DNA from: Sinorhizobium meliloti
GTDB lineage: Bacteria > Pseudomonadota > Alphaproteobacteria > Rhizobiales > Rhizobiaceae
Reading direction: 5' to 3'
Assembly: GCF_017876815.1 (NCBI RefSeq)
Contig: NZ_JAGIOS010000001.1
Coordinates: 3,120,001 to 3,152,000, forward strand
Length of the DNA: 32,000 nt
The position numbers were made by a program, and so were the translations under genes. The notes below the pieces were generated by a model, which ran no database searches, was not told the origin of the DNA, and saw only the letters and a program-made list of their open reading frames with translations. Positions 1-9,834 of this stretch are shown here, piece by piece (positions within the stretch are counted from its first letter, which is position 1; each line of letters starts with the position of its first letter).

Positions 1-593
1 ATTTCTTCCAGGACGAAATCCAGACGGTCGAAGTAAATCCCTATTGGGGCGTGCCGCAGTCGATCATCGTCAACGAAATGCTGCCGAAGCTTAGAAACGA
101 CCCGGGTTACCTGGACCGCATGGGTTATCAGGTGGAAGTCGGCGGCCGCGTCGTTCCTTCCACCGCGGTGAACTGGTACGGATCGACGAACTCGATCGCC
201 GTGCGCCAGCCGCCGAGCAGCGACAATGCGCTCGGCGAACTCAAGATACTCTTCCCCAACGCGCACGCGATCTATATGCACGACACGCCGTCGAAGAGCT
301 TCTTCAAGCGCGACCAGCGGGCGCTAAGCCATGGCTGCGTGCGTCTTGCCGATCCCCGGCGCATGGCGGCGGCGGTTCTGGGCGTAAGTGTCGACGAGGT
401 CGGCATGGAAATATCGGGCGGCCGCAACAAGGCGCTGCCGGTATCCGCCAAGGTCCCGGTCTATGTTTCCTACTTTACCGCCTGGCCGAACAAGGACGGA
501 ACCGTCGAGTATTTCGACGACGTCTACGAACGCGATATGTATATGAATCGCGCTTTCGAGGCCACGCGCAAGGCGCGGAGTCTGGAAGGATGA
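1..593 (+). CDS. L,D-transpeptidase (YkuD-type catalytic domain), C-terminal part; 5' end lies outside the window
   Basis: The frame is open from base 3 (FFQDEIQTVEVNPYWGVPQSI...), so the ORF-track start at 51 is internal. It has the NPYWxVP motif and the catalytic HDTP...SHGCVRL motif (His/Cys of YkuD L,D-transpeptidases). Stop codon is at 591-593. Confidence 0.85.
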   Translation, partial: FFQDEIQTVEVNPYWGVPQSIIVNEMLPKLRNDPGYLDRMGYQVEVGGRVVPSTAVNWYGSTNSIAVRQPPSSDNALGELKILFPNAHAIYMHDTPSKSFFKRDQRALSHGCVRLADPRRMAAAVLGVSVDEVGMEISGGRNKALPVSAKVPVYVSYFTAWPNKDGTVEYFDDVYERDMYMNRAFEATRKARSLEG

Positions 594-599
594 GGAGGT

Positions 600-622
600 G
601 GGCCGCGTTACACGAGCGGCCC
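600..622. terminator. GC-rich hairpin shared by two convergent genes (possible bidirectional terminator)
   Basis: GGGCCGC (600-606), a 9-nt loop, then GCGGCCC (616-622). It sits in the 32-bp gap between the L,D-transpeptidase stop (593) and the gph stop (626). There is only a weak T-tract (CCTTTC) on the + side. Confidence 0.4.
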
Positions 623-625
623 CTT

Positions 626-1315
626 TCACTTCGGCTTGCGGGAGAGCACAGTCTCGACCAGATCCGGTGTCAATTCGTCGAAGTGCCCGATGATACGATC
701 GGGCAGCAGGCTTTCGATCGGCACGTCCGAATAGCCGAAGGGCACGACGATCGACGGAACAGAGGCATTTCGGGCGACGAGAACGTCGTTGAGACTGTCG
801 CCGACCATGACCGCCCGTTCGGCCATCCCCCCGGCATTCGAGACCGTCGACAGCAGGTGGTCGGCATGGGGTTTGCGGACGGTGAAGGTATCGCCACCGG
901 AGATCGCCGCAAAGCGGCCAAGTAGTCCCAACCCTTCCAAAAGACGCTTTGCCAGCATTTCCGGCTTGTTGGTGCAGACTGCGAGTTTCAGCCCCGCATC
1001 CTGCAGGCGGTCGAGCGCTTCGATCAGCCCCGGATAGGGAAGGGATTCACCCGGCATCGATCCGTGATAAAAATCGACGAACTCTTTCATCTGCCAGGTC
1101 AGTTCTTCTTCGGCGATCGTTCTGCCGCGAAGCGCGAAAGTCCTCTCGATCATGGCCCGTGCGCCGTGGCCGACCAGATGCGTGAGATCCGCGTAGGTCA
1201 CCGGCTCGATACCGGCTTGCGTCACCGCATGGTTCAAGCTGGCGACAAGATCGGGCGCTGTGTCGACGAGCGTACCGTCGAGATCGAAGACGACTAGGGG
1301 CAGGGACACCGGCAA
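626..1315 (-). CDS. gph: HAD-superfamily phosphoglycolate phosphatase
   Basis: HAD motif I is VVFDLDGTLVDT, motif II is CTNK, and motif IV is MVGDSLNDV. The length and pattern fit Gph. The 317-aa ORF-track version carries an implausible Arg/Pro-rich N-terminal extension. The likely start is TTG at 1315 or GTG at 1309; GAGG lies 6 nt upstream of the GTG. The start is uncertain by 6 nt. Confidence 0.8.
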   Translation of the reverse strand: MPVSLPLVVFDLDGTLVDTAPDLVASLNHAVTQAGIEPVTYADLTHLVGHGARAMIERTFALRGRTIAEEELTWQMKEFVDFYHGSMPGESLPYPGLIEALDRLQDAGLKLAVCTNKPEMLAKRLLEGLGLLGRFAAISGGDTFTVRKPHADHLLSTVSNAGGMAERAVMVGDSLNDVLVARNASVPSIVVPFGYSDVPIESLLPDRIIGHFDELTPDLVETVLSRKPK

Positions 1316-1528
1316 CCTCGTTCTGCAAAACCTTGTCCGTCCGGGTAGGCGAAGTCGGCGCGGAATGCAATGGCGACCTAGGTCGTAGCGCTGCCCGAAT
1401 CCGGTTCCGGCCGTGCATTTTGACTTTTGTTTGCCGCGGCGGGCGTGTAAGTGTCTCAGCGGAATTGGAGGGTGGCGGCCGAGGGCGACGCCCCCGCCTG
1501 ACGTGGATCGAGAGGGAGCGAGTGGCGC

Positions 1529-2224
1529 ATGGACGCCCGCCAGATGAAGATCAAGGCCGCCGAAGCGGCACTTGAACATGTCGAAAGCGGCATGCGGCTT
1601 GGAATAGGCACAGGCTCGACGGCTGAAGAATTCGTCCGATTGCTGGCCGAGAAAGTGGCATCCGGCTTTCAGATCTCCGGCGTTCCGACGTCCGAGCGGA
1701 CTGCGCGCCTCTGCCTCGAGCTCGGTGTGCCTCTAAAGTCGCTCGACGAACTGCCGGAACTGGACCTGACGATTGACGGGGCCGACGAGGTCGACGGAAA
1801 GCTGCGCCTGATCAAGGGCGGCGGCGGTGCGTTGCTGCGCGAGAAGATCGTTGCGAGCGCCTCGACGCGGATGATCGTCATTGCCGACGAATCGAAGGTC
1901 GTGGACGTGCTGGGCGCTTTCAAGCTGCCGATCGAGATCAATCCTTTCGGCCAGGTCGCCACGAGGCTCGCGATCGAGAAGACCGCCTCGCGGCTGGGTC
2001 TGGCAGGGGAAATCGTCGTACGATCCTCCGGCGATGGAGTCTTCATGACCGATGGCGGACACCTCATTCTCGATGCATCTTTTGGCCGTATTCCTGATGC
2101 AGATGCGCTCGCGGTGGAGCTGAACGCCATCCCGGGGGTCGTTGAGCACGGGCTTTTCATAGATGTGGCGTCGATGGCGATCATTGCCGGTCCTGAGGGA
2201 GCGCGCACGCTTACGGCGTCTTGA
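1529..2224 (+). CDS. rpiA: ribose-5-phosphate isomerase A
   Basis: The 231-aa protein has GIGTGST, DGADEVD and [11 protein letters not shown] motifs characteristic of RpiA. It is divergent from gph. Confidence 0.93.
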   Translation: MDARQMKIKAAEAALEHVESGMRLGIGTGSTAEEFVRLLAEKVASGFQISGVPTSERTARLCLELGVPLKSLDELPELDLTIDGADEVDGKLRLIKGGGGALLREKIVASASTRMIVIADESKVVDVLGAFKLPIEINPFGQVATRLAIEKTASRLGLAGEIVVRSSGDGVFMTDGGHLILDASFGRIPDADALAVELNAIPGVVEHGLFIDVASMAIIAGPEGARTLTAS

Positions 2225-2335
2225 GCCGCTTCGGCTGAGTGGCGCGGGGCGTATCGAGAGACAGATTTTGCACAGGTCAGCCAGGCGGCGGCTATCGGCC
2301 GGGCGGCACGTGCCAACACAGGAGCATGGATAAAT

Positions 2336-2878
2336 ATGAACAAATTCGCAGGTCTTGCCCGCACTTTCGCTACTGCTGCGATCCTCGTTTCGGTTTCGGT
2401 TCCGGCGGTACGGGCACAGGACGTGACGGAAGATCAGATCAAGGCTGCGCGTGCGACGATCGCGGCGCTCGGCGTGACCAACAGCTTCGACAACATTCTG
2501 CCGAACCTCGCCGAACGCCTGAAGAACACGCTCATTCAGGCGTCGCCGAACCATCAGGAACTGATCACCGCGACCGTGGACGAGAAGGCGCTCAGCCTCG
2601 CCGGGCGGCGTTCGGATCTGGAGCGCGAAGCCGCGACCATCTACGCGAAGACCTTTACCGTCGAAGAGCTGAACGCCATCGCCGACTTCTACAACTCGAC
2701 CGCGGGCAAGAAGCTTTTGAACGACGGCCCGATCGCCTCGCGTGAGATGCTGAAGGCTGCCGACATCTGGGCGGCAGGCGTTTCGCGCGACCTGACCAGC
2801 GAAGCGACGAAGTCGCTCGATGAGAAGATAGGCAATGCGCCGGCGGCAAATGCAGGCGCTGCGGCGCCCGCCCAATAA
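2336..2878 (+). CDS. secreted DUF2059-like protein
   Basis: It has an N-terminal signal peptide (AAILVSVSVPAVRA/QD). The helical body with FTVEELNAIADFYNSTAGKKLL matches my recollection of the DUF2059 family. Function is unknown. Confidence 0.7.
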   Translation: MNKFAGLARTFATAAILVSVSVPAVRAQDVTEDQIKAARATIAALGVTNSFDNILPNLAERLKNTLIQASPNHQELITATVDEKALSLAGRRSDLEREAATIYAKTFTVEELNAIADFYNSTAGKKLLNDGPIASREMLKAADIWAAGVSRDLTSEATKSLDEKIGNAPAANAGAAAPAQ

Positions 2879-2943
2879 GCCCTCGGGCGAACCGGCGGTC
2901 TGGCCACCCGAAGCTGACCGCACGAGGTCGGCCGCAAGACAGG

Positions 2944-2974
2944 AGCCCGGAGTGATCCGGGCTTTTCTTTTTTT
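2944..2974 (+). terminator. rho-independent terminator
   Basis: AGCCCGG (2944-2950), loop AGTGAT, CCGGGCT (2957-2963), followed by TTTTCTTTTTTT. It lies about 65 nt after the stop of the 2336-2878 gene. Confidence 0.75.
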
Positions 2975-3082
2975 GCGTCGCAATACTATATCAGGGGCGA
3001 AAGGCGACTCCGTTCGCGCTTTCCAGCCCGACGTCTTCCGGCCGACGGCGTATTCGACATTTCATTTCCTGCAGGAGTTCCC

Positions 3083-4474
3083 ATGAGCGCTTTCGACTAT
3101 GACCTCTTCGTGATCGGCGGCGGTTCGGGCGGTGTGAGAAGCGGGCGGCTGGCTGCGGCGCTCGGCAAGAAGGTGGCGATCGCCGAGGAGTTCCGGTATG
3201 GCGGGACGTGCGTCATTCGCGGCTGTGTACCGAAGAAGCTCTATGTTTATGCCTCGCAGTTTGCGGAACATTTCGAAGATGCGGCGGGCTTCGGCTGGAC
3301 CGTCGGCGAGAGCCGTTTCGATTGGGCCAAGCTCGTTGCCGCGAAGGAACAGGAAATCGCCCGGCTGGAGGGTCTTTACCGTAAGGGCCTGGCGAATGCC
3401 GGCGCCGAGATCCTGGATACGCGCGCCGAGCTCGCCGGTCCGAACACGGTGAAGCTGCTTGCCAGCGGCAAGACCGTCACGGCGGAGCGCATCGTTATCG
3501 CGGTCGGCGGACATCCGAGCCCGCATGACGCGCTGCCGGGCCACGAACTGTGCATCACCTCCAACGAAGCCTTCGATCTTCCGGCGCTGCCGGAATCGAT
3601 CCTCATTGCCGGCGGCGGCTACATCGCCGTGGAATTCGCCAATATCTTCCACGGGCTGGGCGTGAAAACGACGCTGATCTATCGCGGAAAGGAAATTCTA
3701 TCCCGCTTCGATCAGGACATGCGGCGCGGCCTGCACGCAGCCATGGAGGAAAAGGGAATCCGCATCCTCTGCGAGGACATCATCCAGTCGGTGTCGGCGG
3801 ATGCGGACGGACGGCGTGTGGCGACGACGATGAAACATGGTGAGATCGTCGCCGACCAGGTGATGCTGGCGCTCGGGCGCATGCCGAACACGAATGGTCT
3901 CGGGCTTGAGGCCGCCGGCGTCAGGACCAATGAGCTCGGCGCAATCATCGTCGACGCTTTTTCGCGCACCAGCACGCCGGGGATCTACGCGCTCGGCGAT
4001 GTGACCGATCGCGTGCAGCTAACCCCCGTGGCGATCCACGAGGCCATGTGCTTCATCGAGACGGAATACAAGAACAATCCGACTTCGCCGGACCACGACC
4101 TGATCGCGACCGCCGTGTTCTCGCAGCCCGAGATCGGCACGGTCGGGATCACGGAAGAGGAAGCGGCCCGGAAATTCCAGGAGATCGAGGTCTATCGCGC
4201 CGAGTTCCGGCCGATGAAAGCGACGCTCTCCGGCCGTAAGGAAAAGACGATCATGAAGCTCGTCGTCAATGCCGCTGACCGCAAGGTCGTCGGGGCGCAT
4301 ATTCTCGGCCATGATGCCGGCGAGATGGCGCAGCTGTTGGGGATTTCGCTGAGGGCCGGCTGCACGAAGGACGATTTCGATCGGACGATGGCGGTTCACC
4401 CGACGGCGGCGGAGGAGCTCGTCACGATGTATCAGCCGAGCTACCGCGTGAGGAACGGAGAGAGGGTCGGCTGA
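3083..4474 (+). CDS. gor: glutathione-disulfide reductase
   Basis: The 463-aa protein has an FAD site (VIGGGSGG), a redox-active disulfide (GGTCVIRGCVPKK), an NADPH site (GGGYIAVEFA) and the C-terminal HPTAAEE interface motif. Confidence 0.92.
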   Translation: MSAFDYDLFVIGGGSGGVRSGRLAAALGKKVAIAEEFRYGGTCVIRGCVPKKLYVYASQFAEHFEDAAGFGWTVGESRFDWAKLVAAKEQEIARLEGLYRKGLANAGAEILDTRAELAGPNTVKLLASGKTVTAERIVIAVGGHPSPHDALPGHELCITSNEAFDLPALPESILIAGGGYIAVEFANIFHGLGVKTTLIYRGKEILSRFDQDMRRGLHAAMEEKGIRILCEDIIQSVSADADGRRVATTMKHGEIVADQVMLALGRMPNTNGLGLEAAGVRTNELGAIIVDAFSRTSTPGIYALGDVTDRVQLTPVAIHEAMCFIETEYKNNPTSPDHDLIATAVFSQPEIGTVGITEEEAARKFQEIEVYRAEFRPMKATLSGRKEKTIMKLVVNAADRKVVGAHILGHDAGEMAQLLGISLRAGCTKDDFDRTMAVHPTAAEELVTMYQPSYRVRNGERVG

Positions 4475-4697
4475 GCCTCTCCCGTCGGCGTCGTGGCGGT
4501 CCACGTTTTCTGGTAGGATGGCTTTCCAAGCCCCCTGTTAACGTTTATAAGCCCGCATCCGCGAAAGTAGTCCGCCCGGGCGTTGTGGCAGATCGCAGGT
4601 ATCGGCAGGGCTGCCGACGCGGGCGCATGCAAATCCGGATGCCGGGCCGCATGACGGCCGCAGGGCGCGACGCGGGCCGATCCGCGTCAGACAACAG

Positions 4698-6080
4698 GTG
4701 ATGGAAATGGCACAGACTTGGACTCCGAACAGCTGGCGGCAAAAACCCATTCAGCAGGTGCCGGACTATCCGGACCTCGCAGTGCTCGATAGCGTGGAAG
4801 CGCGTCTTGCCAAGTATCCGCCACTTGTCTTCGCCGGAGAGGCGCGCCGTCTCAAGAGCGCGCTTGCCAACGTTGCCGAGGGGCGCGGCTTCCTGTTGCA
4901 AGGGGGCGACTGCGCCGAGAGCTTCGCCGAGCATGGCGCCGATACGATCCGAGATTTCTTCCGCGCCTTCCTGCAGATGGCCGTCGTCCTGACCTTCGGT
5001 GCGCAGCAGCCGGTCGTCAAGGTGGGCCGCATTGCCGGCCAGTTCGCCAAGCCGCGCTCGTCGGGCGTCGAGAAGCAGGGCGATGTGACGCTGCCGAGCT
5101 ACCGCGGCGACATCATCAACGGCATAGAGTTCACGGAGGAGGCACGCGTGCCCAATCCGGAACGTCAGGTCATGGCCTATCGCCAGTCCGCGGCGACGCT
5201 CAACCTGCTGCGCGCCTTTGCCATGGGCGGTTACGCCAATCTCGAGAACGTCCATCAGTGGATGCTCGGTTTCGTCAAGGACAGCCCTCAGGCAGAGCGC
5301 TACCGCAAGCTCGCCGACCGGATCTCCGAGACGATGGATTTCATGAAGGCGATCGGCATCACCGCTGAAAACCATCCGAGCCTGCGTGAAACGGATTTCT
5401 TCACCAGCCACGAAGCTCTGCTGCTCGGTTACGAGCAGGCGCTCACGCGCGTCGATTCCACCTCGGGCGACTGGTACGCGACGTCCGGCCACATGATCTG
5501 GATCGGCGACCGTACGCGCCAGCCCGATCACGCGCATATCGAATATTGCCGCGGCATCAAGAATCCGCTTGGCCTGAAGTGCGGCCCGTCGCTGACGGCG
5601 GACGGCCTTCTCGAATTGATCGACATCCTCAATCCCGCCAACGAGGCGGGACGTCTCACGCTGATCTGCCGCTTCGGGCACGACAAGGTCGCCGAGCATC
5701 TGCCGCGCCTCATCCGAGCCGTCGAACGGGAGGGCAAGAAGGTGGTGTGGTCCTGCGATCCGATGCATGGCAACACGATCACGCTCAACAATTACAAGAC
5801 CCGGCCGTTCGAGCGGATTCTGTCCGAAGTCGAAAGCTTCTTCCAGATTCATCGCGCCGAAGGTTCGCATCCGGGCGGCATCCATATCGAGATGACCGGC
5901 AACGACGTCACGGAGTGCACCGGCGGCGCGCGTGCGCTTTCAGGCGACGACCTTGCCGATCGCTACCACACCCATTGCGATCCGCGCCTCAATGCCGACC
6001 AGGCGCTTGAGCTGGCCTTCCTGCTCGCCGAGCGAATGAAGGGCGGCCGCGACGAGAAGAAGATGGTCGTCAACGGCTGA
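4698..6080 (+). CDS. class II (plant/actinobacterial-type) 3-deoxy-7-phosphoheptulonate (DAHP) synthase
   Basis: The 460-aa protein has [27 protein letters not shown] and DPMHGNT motifs typical of class II DAHP synthases. The start could be any of the Met codons at 4698, 4701 or 4707. Confidence 0.9.
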   Translation: MMEMAQTWTPNSWRQKPIQQVPDYPDLAVLDSVEARLAKYPPLVFAGEARRLKSALANVAEGRGFLLQGGDCAESFAEHGADTIRDFFRAFLQMAVVLTFGAQQPVVKVGRIAGQFAKPRSSGVEKQGDVTLPSYRGDIINGIEFTEEARVPNPERQVMAYRQSAATLNLLRAFAMGGYANLENVHQWMLGFVKDSPQAERYRKLADRISETMDFMKAIGITAENHPSLRETDFFTSHEALLLGYEQALTRVDSTSGDWYATSGHMIWIGDRTRQPDHAHIEYCRGIKNPLGLKCGPSLTADGLLELIDILNPANEAGRLTLICRFGHDKVAEHLPRLIRAVEREGKKVVWSCDPMHGNTITLNNYKTRPFERILSEVESFFQIHRAEGSHPGGIHIEMTGNDVTECTGGARALSGDDLADRYHTHCDPRLNADQALELAFLLAERMKGGRDEKKMVVNG

Positions 6081-6145
6081 TCCAATCGATTAAGCCATCA
6101 GTTCAATATTTCTGAACCTGCGGCGCATTCTCTGAATTTGACTTT

Positions 6146-6178
6146 GGCCGGGCCAGCTTGAAAGCTTGTCCGGCCTTT
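6146..6178 (+). terminator. probable rho-independent terminator after the DAHP synthase gene
   Basis: GGCCGG..CAGCTT-GA-AAGCT..CCGGCC is an imperfect extended stem (6146-6175), followed by TTTAT. Confidence 0.55.
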
Positions 6179-6215
6179 ATGTGTTGAAGTGCATAGGTTC
6201 GAAGGGGGGCAGACG

Positions 6216-6611
6216 ATGGAAATAAACGAGGGCGGTTGCCTTTGCGGCGCTGTTCGTTTCAAGACGCGCGGAAAGCTTCGCGAACTGATCTTCTGCCATT
6301 GCTCTCAATGCCGAAAGCAAACCGGGCTCTACTACGCGGCCACCAATGTGCTCGACCGTGAAATGGAAGTGGAAGGCGTCGAGAACGTGACCTGGTACCG
6401 TTCCAGCAATGAGGCGCGACGCGGTTTCTGCCGGTATTGCGGATCGGCCCTGTTCTGGAAGGCGGATGGACTGGACTACACGTCCATTCTCGCCGGTACA
6501 TTCGACGGGTCGGTGGCGCTCGAGCCCGGCTATCACATCTTTTGCGCGGACAAGGGGCACTATTACGATATCAGCGACGACCTGCCGCGCTTTGCAGGAT
6601 CGCGGCCGTAG
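6216..6611 (+). CDS. GFA-family (glutathione-dependent formaldehyde-activating / CENP-V-like) zinc protein
   Basis: The Cys pattern CLCGAVRF ... CHCSQCRK ... CRYCGSALF is typical of the GFA family. I prefer the ATG at 6216 (MEINEGG) because AAGGGGGG lies just upstream. The ORF-track start at 6189 is the alternative. Confidence 0.8.
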   Translation: MEINEGGCLCGAVRFKTRGKLRELIFCHCSQCRKQTGLYYAATNVLDREMEVEGVENVTWYRSSNEARRGFCRYCGSALFWKADGLDYTSILAGTFDGSVALEPGYHIFCADKGHYYDISDDLPRFAGSRP

Positions 6612-6632
6612 CGGGCAGAGAATGCTCGGCAG

Positions 6633-7601
6633 TCAAGCAGCCCAATCGGAGGCTTGATCATAGGCACTGGCCAACGCCTCGATCTTGACCGCCTGCCAGG
6701 AGACATATTCCTCGATCAGCCGTGCGCTCAGCCAGAACCGTCCGCGTCGTCCATCCTCGGATTTTCCAAGGAACCCGGCTGCGTCGGCTCTGGCGAATAT
6801 CCGGCGGACATGGGTATTCGATATCAGGTAGTGCTCGGCCAGTTTCGCCAGGCTGACCTCGACCCATACCTTGCCGTCCATTGGCGCGAATTCGGAGACG
6901 CGCGTCATGAGATCGTCGAGGATCACACCGCCCGATTCGGACCAGACAAAGATGGCGACACCCTTCGGTGGCGTCGTCCATCTGCTGTCGGAGAGGAGGC
7001 GCCGTGCCGCGAGCGGCTGGGCGCGCTCGAAAATCGATTTGTCCGCTTCGACGCGTTCGACCCTGGTGCCGCCGTCAAGGAGATCGATCGTGCTCATCTG
7101 ACTCTTGAACCAGAGTCGCATCGCGGTTTCGCTGACCTCGGTCGGCTCGAGGGGACGCGCTCTCTTGGTACGTCCGCCGGATGCCGGCTGAAGCATCTTG
7201 TAAGCGACCAGTTCCGCGAGGAAAGCGGCGGCCGTGTTGCGGCTGGCGCCCCCGGTATCGCGCATGAATTTGAGCAACCGTGCGGCGGTGATACCCGATT
7301 CCGGGTTGTTGACGTCCCGTTCGAGATGGAGCGAATAGGCCGCTTGCGTCAGCATCCACTTCTGGTGTGACGCCACCAGGCGCGCCACGCGCGGAAAGAG
7401 GTCATTGAGGGCGATCAGCGTTCGCGCGCCTGCCTGCAATATCTGCGGGAAATTAGGATTTCGCACCAAGTCGCCAACCGTCAAGCCGGTTGGCACCTGC
7501 TGCTCAGAGCTGCCCTTCTCCGCGACCCGCTGCATCTGCTGCGCGTGCCCCCACTCCTGCGCTGGGGGCACTGCATGGTCCCTTCGCCCCACATTTACCA
7601 T
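6633..7601 (-). CDS. hypothetical protein with two helix-turn-helix-like segments (family not recognised)
   Basis: This is a 322-aa ORF with strong G/C third-position bias on the minus strand; the overlapping plus-strand ORF 6654-7370 reads as low-complexity junk. HTH-like segments are ITAARLLKFMRDTGGASRNTAAAFLAELVAYKML and VSLAKLAEHYLISNTHVRRIFARADAAGFL. The start is uncertain: ATG at 7601 or ATG at 7535 (MQRVAEK), and neither has a clear SD. Confidence 0.65.
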   Translation of the reverse strand: MVNVGRRDHAVPPAQEWGHAQQMQRVAEKGSSEQQVPTGLTVGDLVRNPNFPQILQAGARTLIALNDLFPRVARLVASHQKWMLTQAAYSLHLERDVNNPESGITAARLLKFMRDTGGASRNTAAAFLAELVAYKMLQPASGGRTKRARPLEPTEVSETAMRLWFKSQMSTIDLLDGGTRVERVEADKSIFERAQPLAARRLLSDSRWTTPPKGVAIFVWSESGGVILDDLMTRVSEFAPMDGKVWVEVSLAKLAEHYLISNTHVRRIFARADAAGFLGKSEDGRRGRFWLSARLIEEYVSWQAVKIEALASAYDQASDWAA

Positions 7602-7676
7602 TCACGCGTTATGCTCAATGCGCAAGGCCTGCGTTTTGTTTCACACGAAATTGAAATCTGCACGTGTGCGAGCGCT

Positions 7677-9410
7677 TTACTGAACGAGAACGGGCCGTTG
7701 GCATTTGACGCCGGTGACGCGCACGTCGGCCTCGCCGACGCGCACGCCGACCAGGAGCAGGAGATTGTAGAGCAATTGATCGACGGGTGCGGTCACGGCG
7801 CCGAGTGTTTGCGCCAGAGCCTGCTGCAACAAAGTCGGGCTTCCGATCGAGAGGAGACCGCCCACATTGATCTGCGCGTCGAGATTGCCGAGCAGGGTCC
7901 TGGTCGTCGATGAGAGGATATCCCTGGTCGAGACGCTCTTGATCGTCCGCGAGGAAACCTCGGCAGGGCTGAATGCCAGGCGAGAGGGTTGCAGGTTCTT
8001 GGACTCGACATGGGCGATGCCGTCGATCTTGATGAGACCGTCGAGGAGCCGCGCCCGCGTCACCCGGGCATCGGACGAAAAGCTCGACAGGACGGTGGGA
8101 TCGACATCGCCGAGGGCGATCTCCGCCACGCCCGGGACCGCATCTATGATCACCGCCGCATTCTCCGGCGTTCCGCCGTAGCAGCGGATATCCGAGAGCT
8201 TTGCTTCCGCATGGGCGAGTTCGACATAGATCGGCAGCCGTATGCGGGTCCCGGCGAGAGCCGCGAGACCGTCGATGACGACTTCGACAGCGAGGCGCGT
8301 TTGTGCCGTTCTTACGGCCGCGCCGGGTGAACCCAGGCGATGGCTCGGCGTTTCCAGGGGCGGTTCGCCGATCGCGAGCCTGACCTTTACCGAGGCGATG
8401 CCCGGCAAGCCTGCAACGGCGTCGAGTGCGATCTGATGCTCGCCGTTGGCGATCACCGCAGCGGCGGAGACGATCTGCAATGCACTGACTTTCATCGCCC
8501 AGTCCGAGCCCGCATCGACGCCGAGGCTCTTCTTCGGGTCGATGTTGAGGATCTGCGCCAGAGTGAGTGTCTGCTTGTTTCCGGCTGTCGCGAGTTCGAC
8601 GGTCTTGAGCGCTGAAGTCACCGTTCCGGAGAGGCCCTGCACAAGCCGAAGCGACCCGAGCAATTGCGGCACCGTCAGCTCCGCCGTCAGCACGTCTTCG
8701 TAGGAAGCGGCCGTGAGACTGAGGCGGGTGGCGATGATCTTGAGGAATGGCTGGATATCGATGTCGGCGTCGATCAATGCCTCGTAATCCATGACCTTCA
8801 GCGCAATATTGGTGCCGAGCATCTGGCCGAGGATCGCGTTCAAGAGACCGCCGTTGAGGCTGGCAAGGCGGGAGCCGACGGAGAAGGCAGCGATCTTTGA
8901 ACTCGCCGCGGTACCGATTACGCTCAAATCCGGCGGCTCGCTGAACAGCGCCGCGAGATAGATGTCGCCCTTCTTCTCGAGCGTAACCTGGACGGCGTCG
9001 GCGGGCAGGGCCCCCCTGATGAACCTTTGGCCGGCATCGATCGCCGGGTCGGGGACGTAGCGCCCGCGCACGATCGTCGCCACCCCCTTGGCGGCGGTTT
9101 CGACGTCGTTCGGCAGCAGCTTGCCGTCAACCGTCATCAGCCCCGAGGGAGTCGAGACGGCGAAGCCGAGATCGTTGCTCCGGAAGTGGGCGAGGACGGC
9201 CTCTTCGGCGGAGCTTACATCGGCGGCCGCCGCAATGGAGGCGAGGTCCGCGACAGACTGCAGCTCGCGCCGCTGAAGGGTAAGATAGCCGTAATCGATG
9301 CCGAGCCCCATCGACGCGACCACCAGCGGCATGACGAGCGCCGCCGAGACCCCAATATTGCCGGTGCGGGACTTCAGGCATCGGCGGAAGGCGGTTGTCG
9401 CTCCATGCAT
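7677..9410 (-). CDS. TadG-like (Tad/Flp pilus-assembly TadE/G-like N-terminus) membrane-anchored protein
   Basis: From the ATG at 9410 the protein reads MHGATTAFRRCLKSRTGNIGVSAALVMPLVVASMGLGIDYG, the typical TadG-type N-terminal hydrophobic segment. The C-terminus (...LLYNLLLLVGVRVGEADVRVTGVKCQRPVLVQ) resembles the Tad C-terminal region as I recall it. GGGAGG lies 8 nt upstream of the ATG, inside the tadE-like gene. The 47 extra N-terminal residues in the ORF track overlap that gene and are rejected. Confidence 0.75.
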   Translation of the reverse strand: MHGATTAFRRCLKSRTGNIGVSAALVMPLVVASMGLGIDYGYLTLQRRELQSVADLASIAAAADVSSAEEAVLAHFRSNDLGFAVSTPSGLMTVDGKLLPNDVETAAKGVATIVRGRYVPDPAIDAGQRFIRGALPADAVQVTLEKKGDIYLAALFSEPPDLSVIGTAASSKIAAFSVGSRLASLNGGLLNAILGQMLGTNIALKVMDYEALIDADIDIQPFLKIIATRLSLTAASYEDVLTAELTVPQLLGSLRLVQGLSGTVTSALKTVELATAGNKQTLTLAQILNIDPKKSLGVDAGSDWAMKVSALQIVSAAAVIANGEHQIALDAVAGLPGIASVKVRLAIGEPPLETPSHRLGSPGAAVRTAQTRLAVEVVIDGLAALAGTRIRLPIYVELAHAEAKLSDIRCYGGTPENAAVIIDAVPGVAEIALGDVDPTVLSSFSSDARVTRARLLDGLIKIDGIAHVESKNLQPSRLAFSPAEVSSRTIKSVSTRDILSSTTRTLLGNLDAQINVGGLLSIGSPTLLQQALAQTLGAVTAPVDQLLYNLLLLVGVRVGEADVRVTGVKCQRPVLVQ

Positions 9411-9411
9411 C

Positions 9412-9834
9412 TCAGATACCTCCCACGCGTATCGTCGCGTAACGCTCGATCTGCTCGCCCGGCAGGGCAAAGGTGAAAAGCTTCCAGATCGGAAGATCGC
9501 TTGCGTCGTAGGAAATGGTGACGGTGAACTGGTTGGTATTGTTGGCGTCATCGCGGACGGTGACGTTCATGCGGGAGGAGTCGATGAAGGTCTGGTTCAT
9601 CGTCGTGCGCCGGATGTAATCGGTGGCAAGGCGCTCCCGTTCTTCCAGCGAAAGGCCCGCAATCGCAGTCCGTGCCGCATCCGCGGCGACCTGCTGGATG
9701 GAATGTGCGGCGCTCAGATAGATCCCGTAAGCTATCAGCGTCAGCACGCACATGAAGAAAAGCGGCGCAATGATCGCGAATTCAATGGCGGCAGCACCCT
9801 TCCGACTGGCGAGCAGGCGGTTGAAAACGGACAT
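9412..9834 (-). CDS. TadE-like pseudopilin
   Basis: The 140-aa protein has the N-terminus MSVFNRLLASRKG/AAAIEFAIIAPLFF. That is the Flp-type prepilin peptidase motif (G followed by XXXXEF) and then a hydrophobic helix, the hallmark of TadE-family proteins. GGAG lies 7 nt upstream of the ATG. Confidence 0.85.
   Translation of the reverse strand: MSVFNRLLASRKGAAAIEFAIIAPLFFMCVLTLIAYGIYLSAAHSIQQVAADAARTAIAGLSLEERERLATDYIRRTTMNQTFIDSSRMNVTVRDDANNTNQFTVTISYDASDLPIWKLFTFALPGEQIERYATIRVGGI

Noticed and set aside
9411-9551. A 47-codon N-terminal extension of the TadG-like ORF overlapping the tadE-like gene. A similar case is the 88-codon extension of gph (1316-1579).
   Set aside because: The extensions are Pro/Ser/Arg-rich and overlap neighbouring genes or promoters. 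The internal starts have SD sequences and yield family-typical N-termini.
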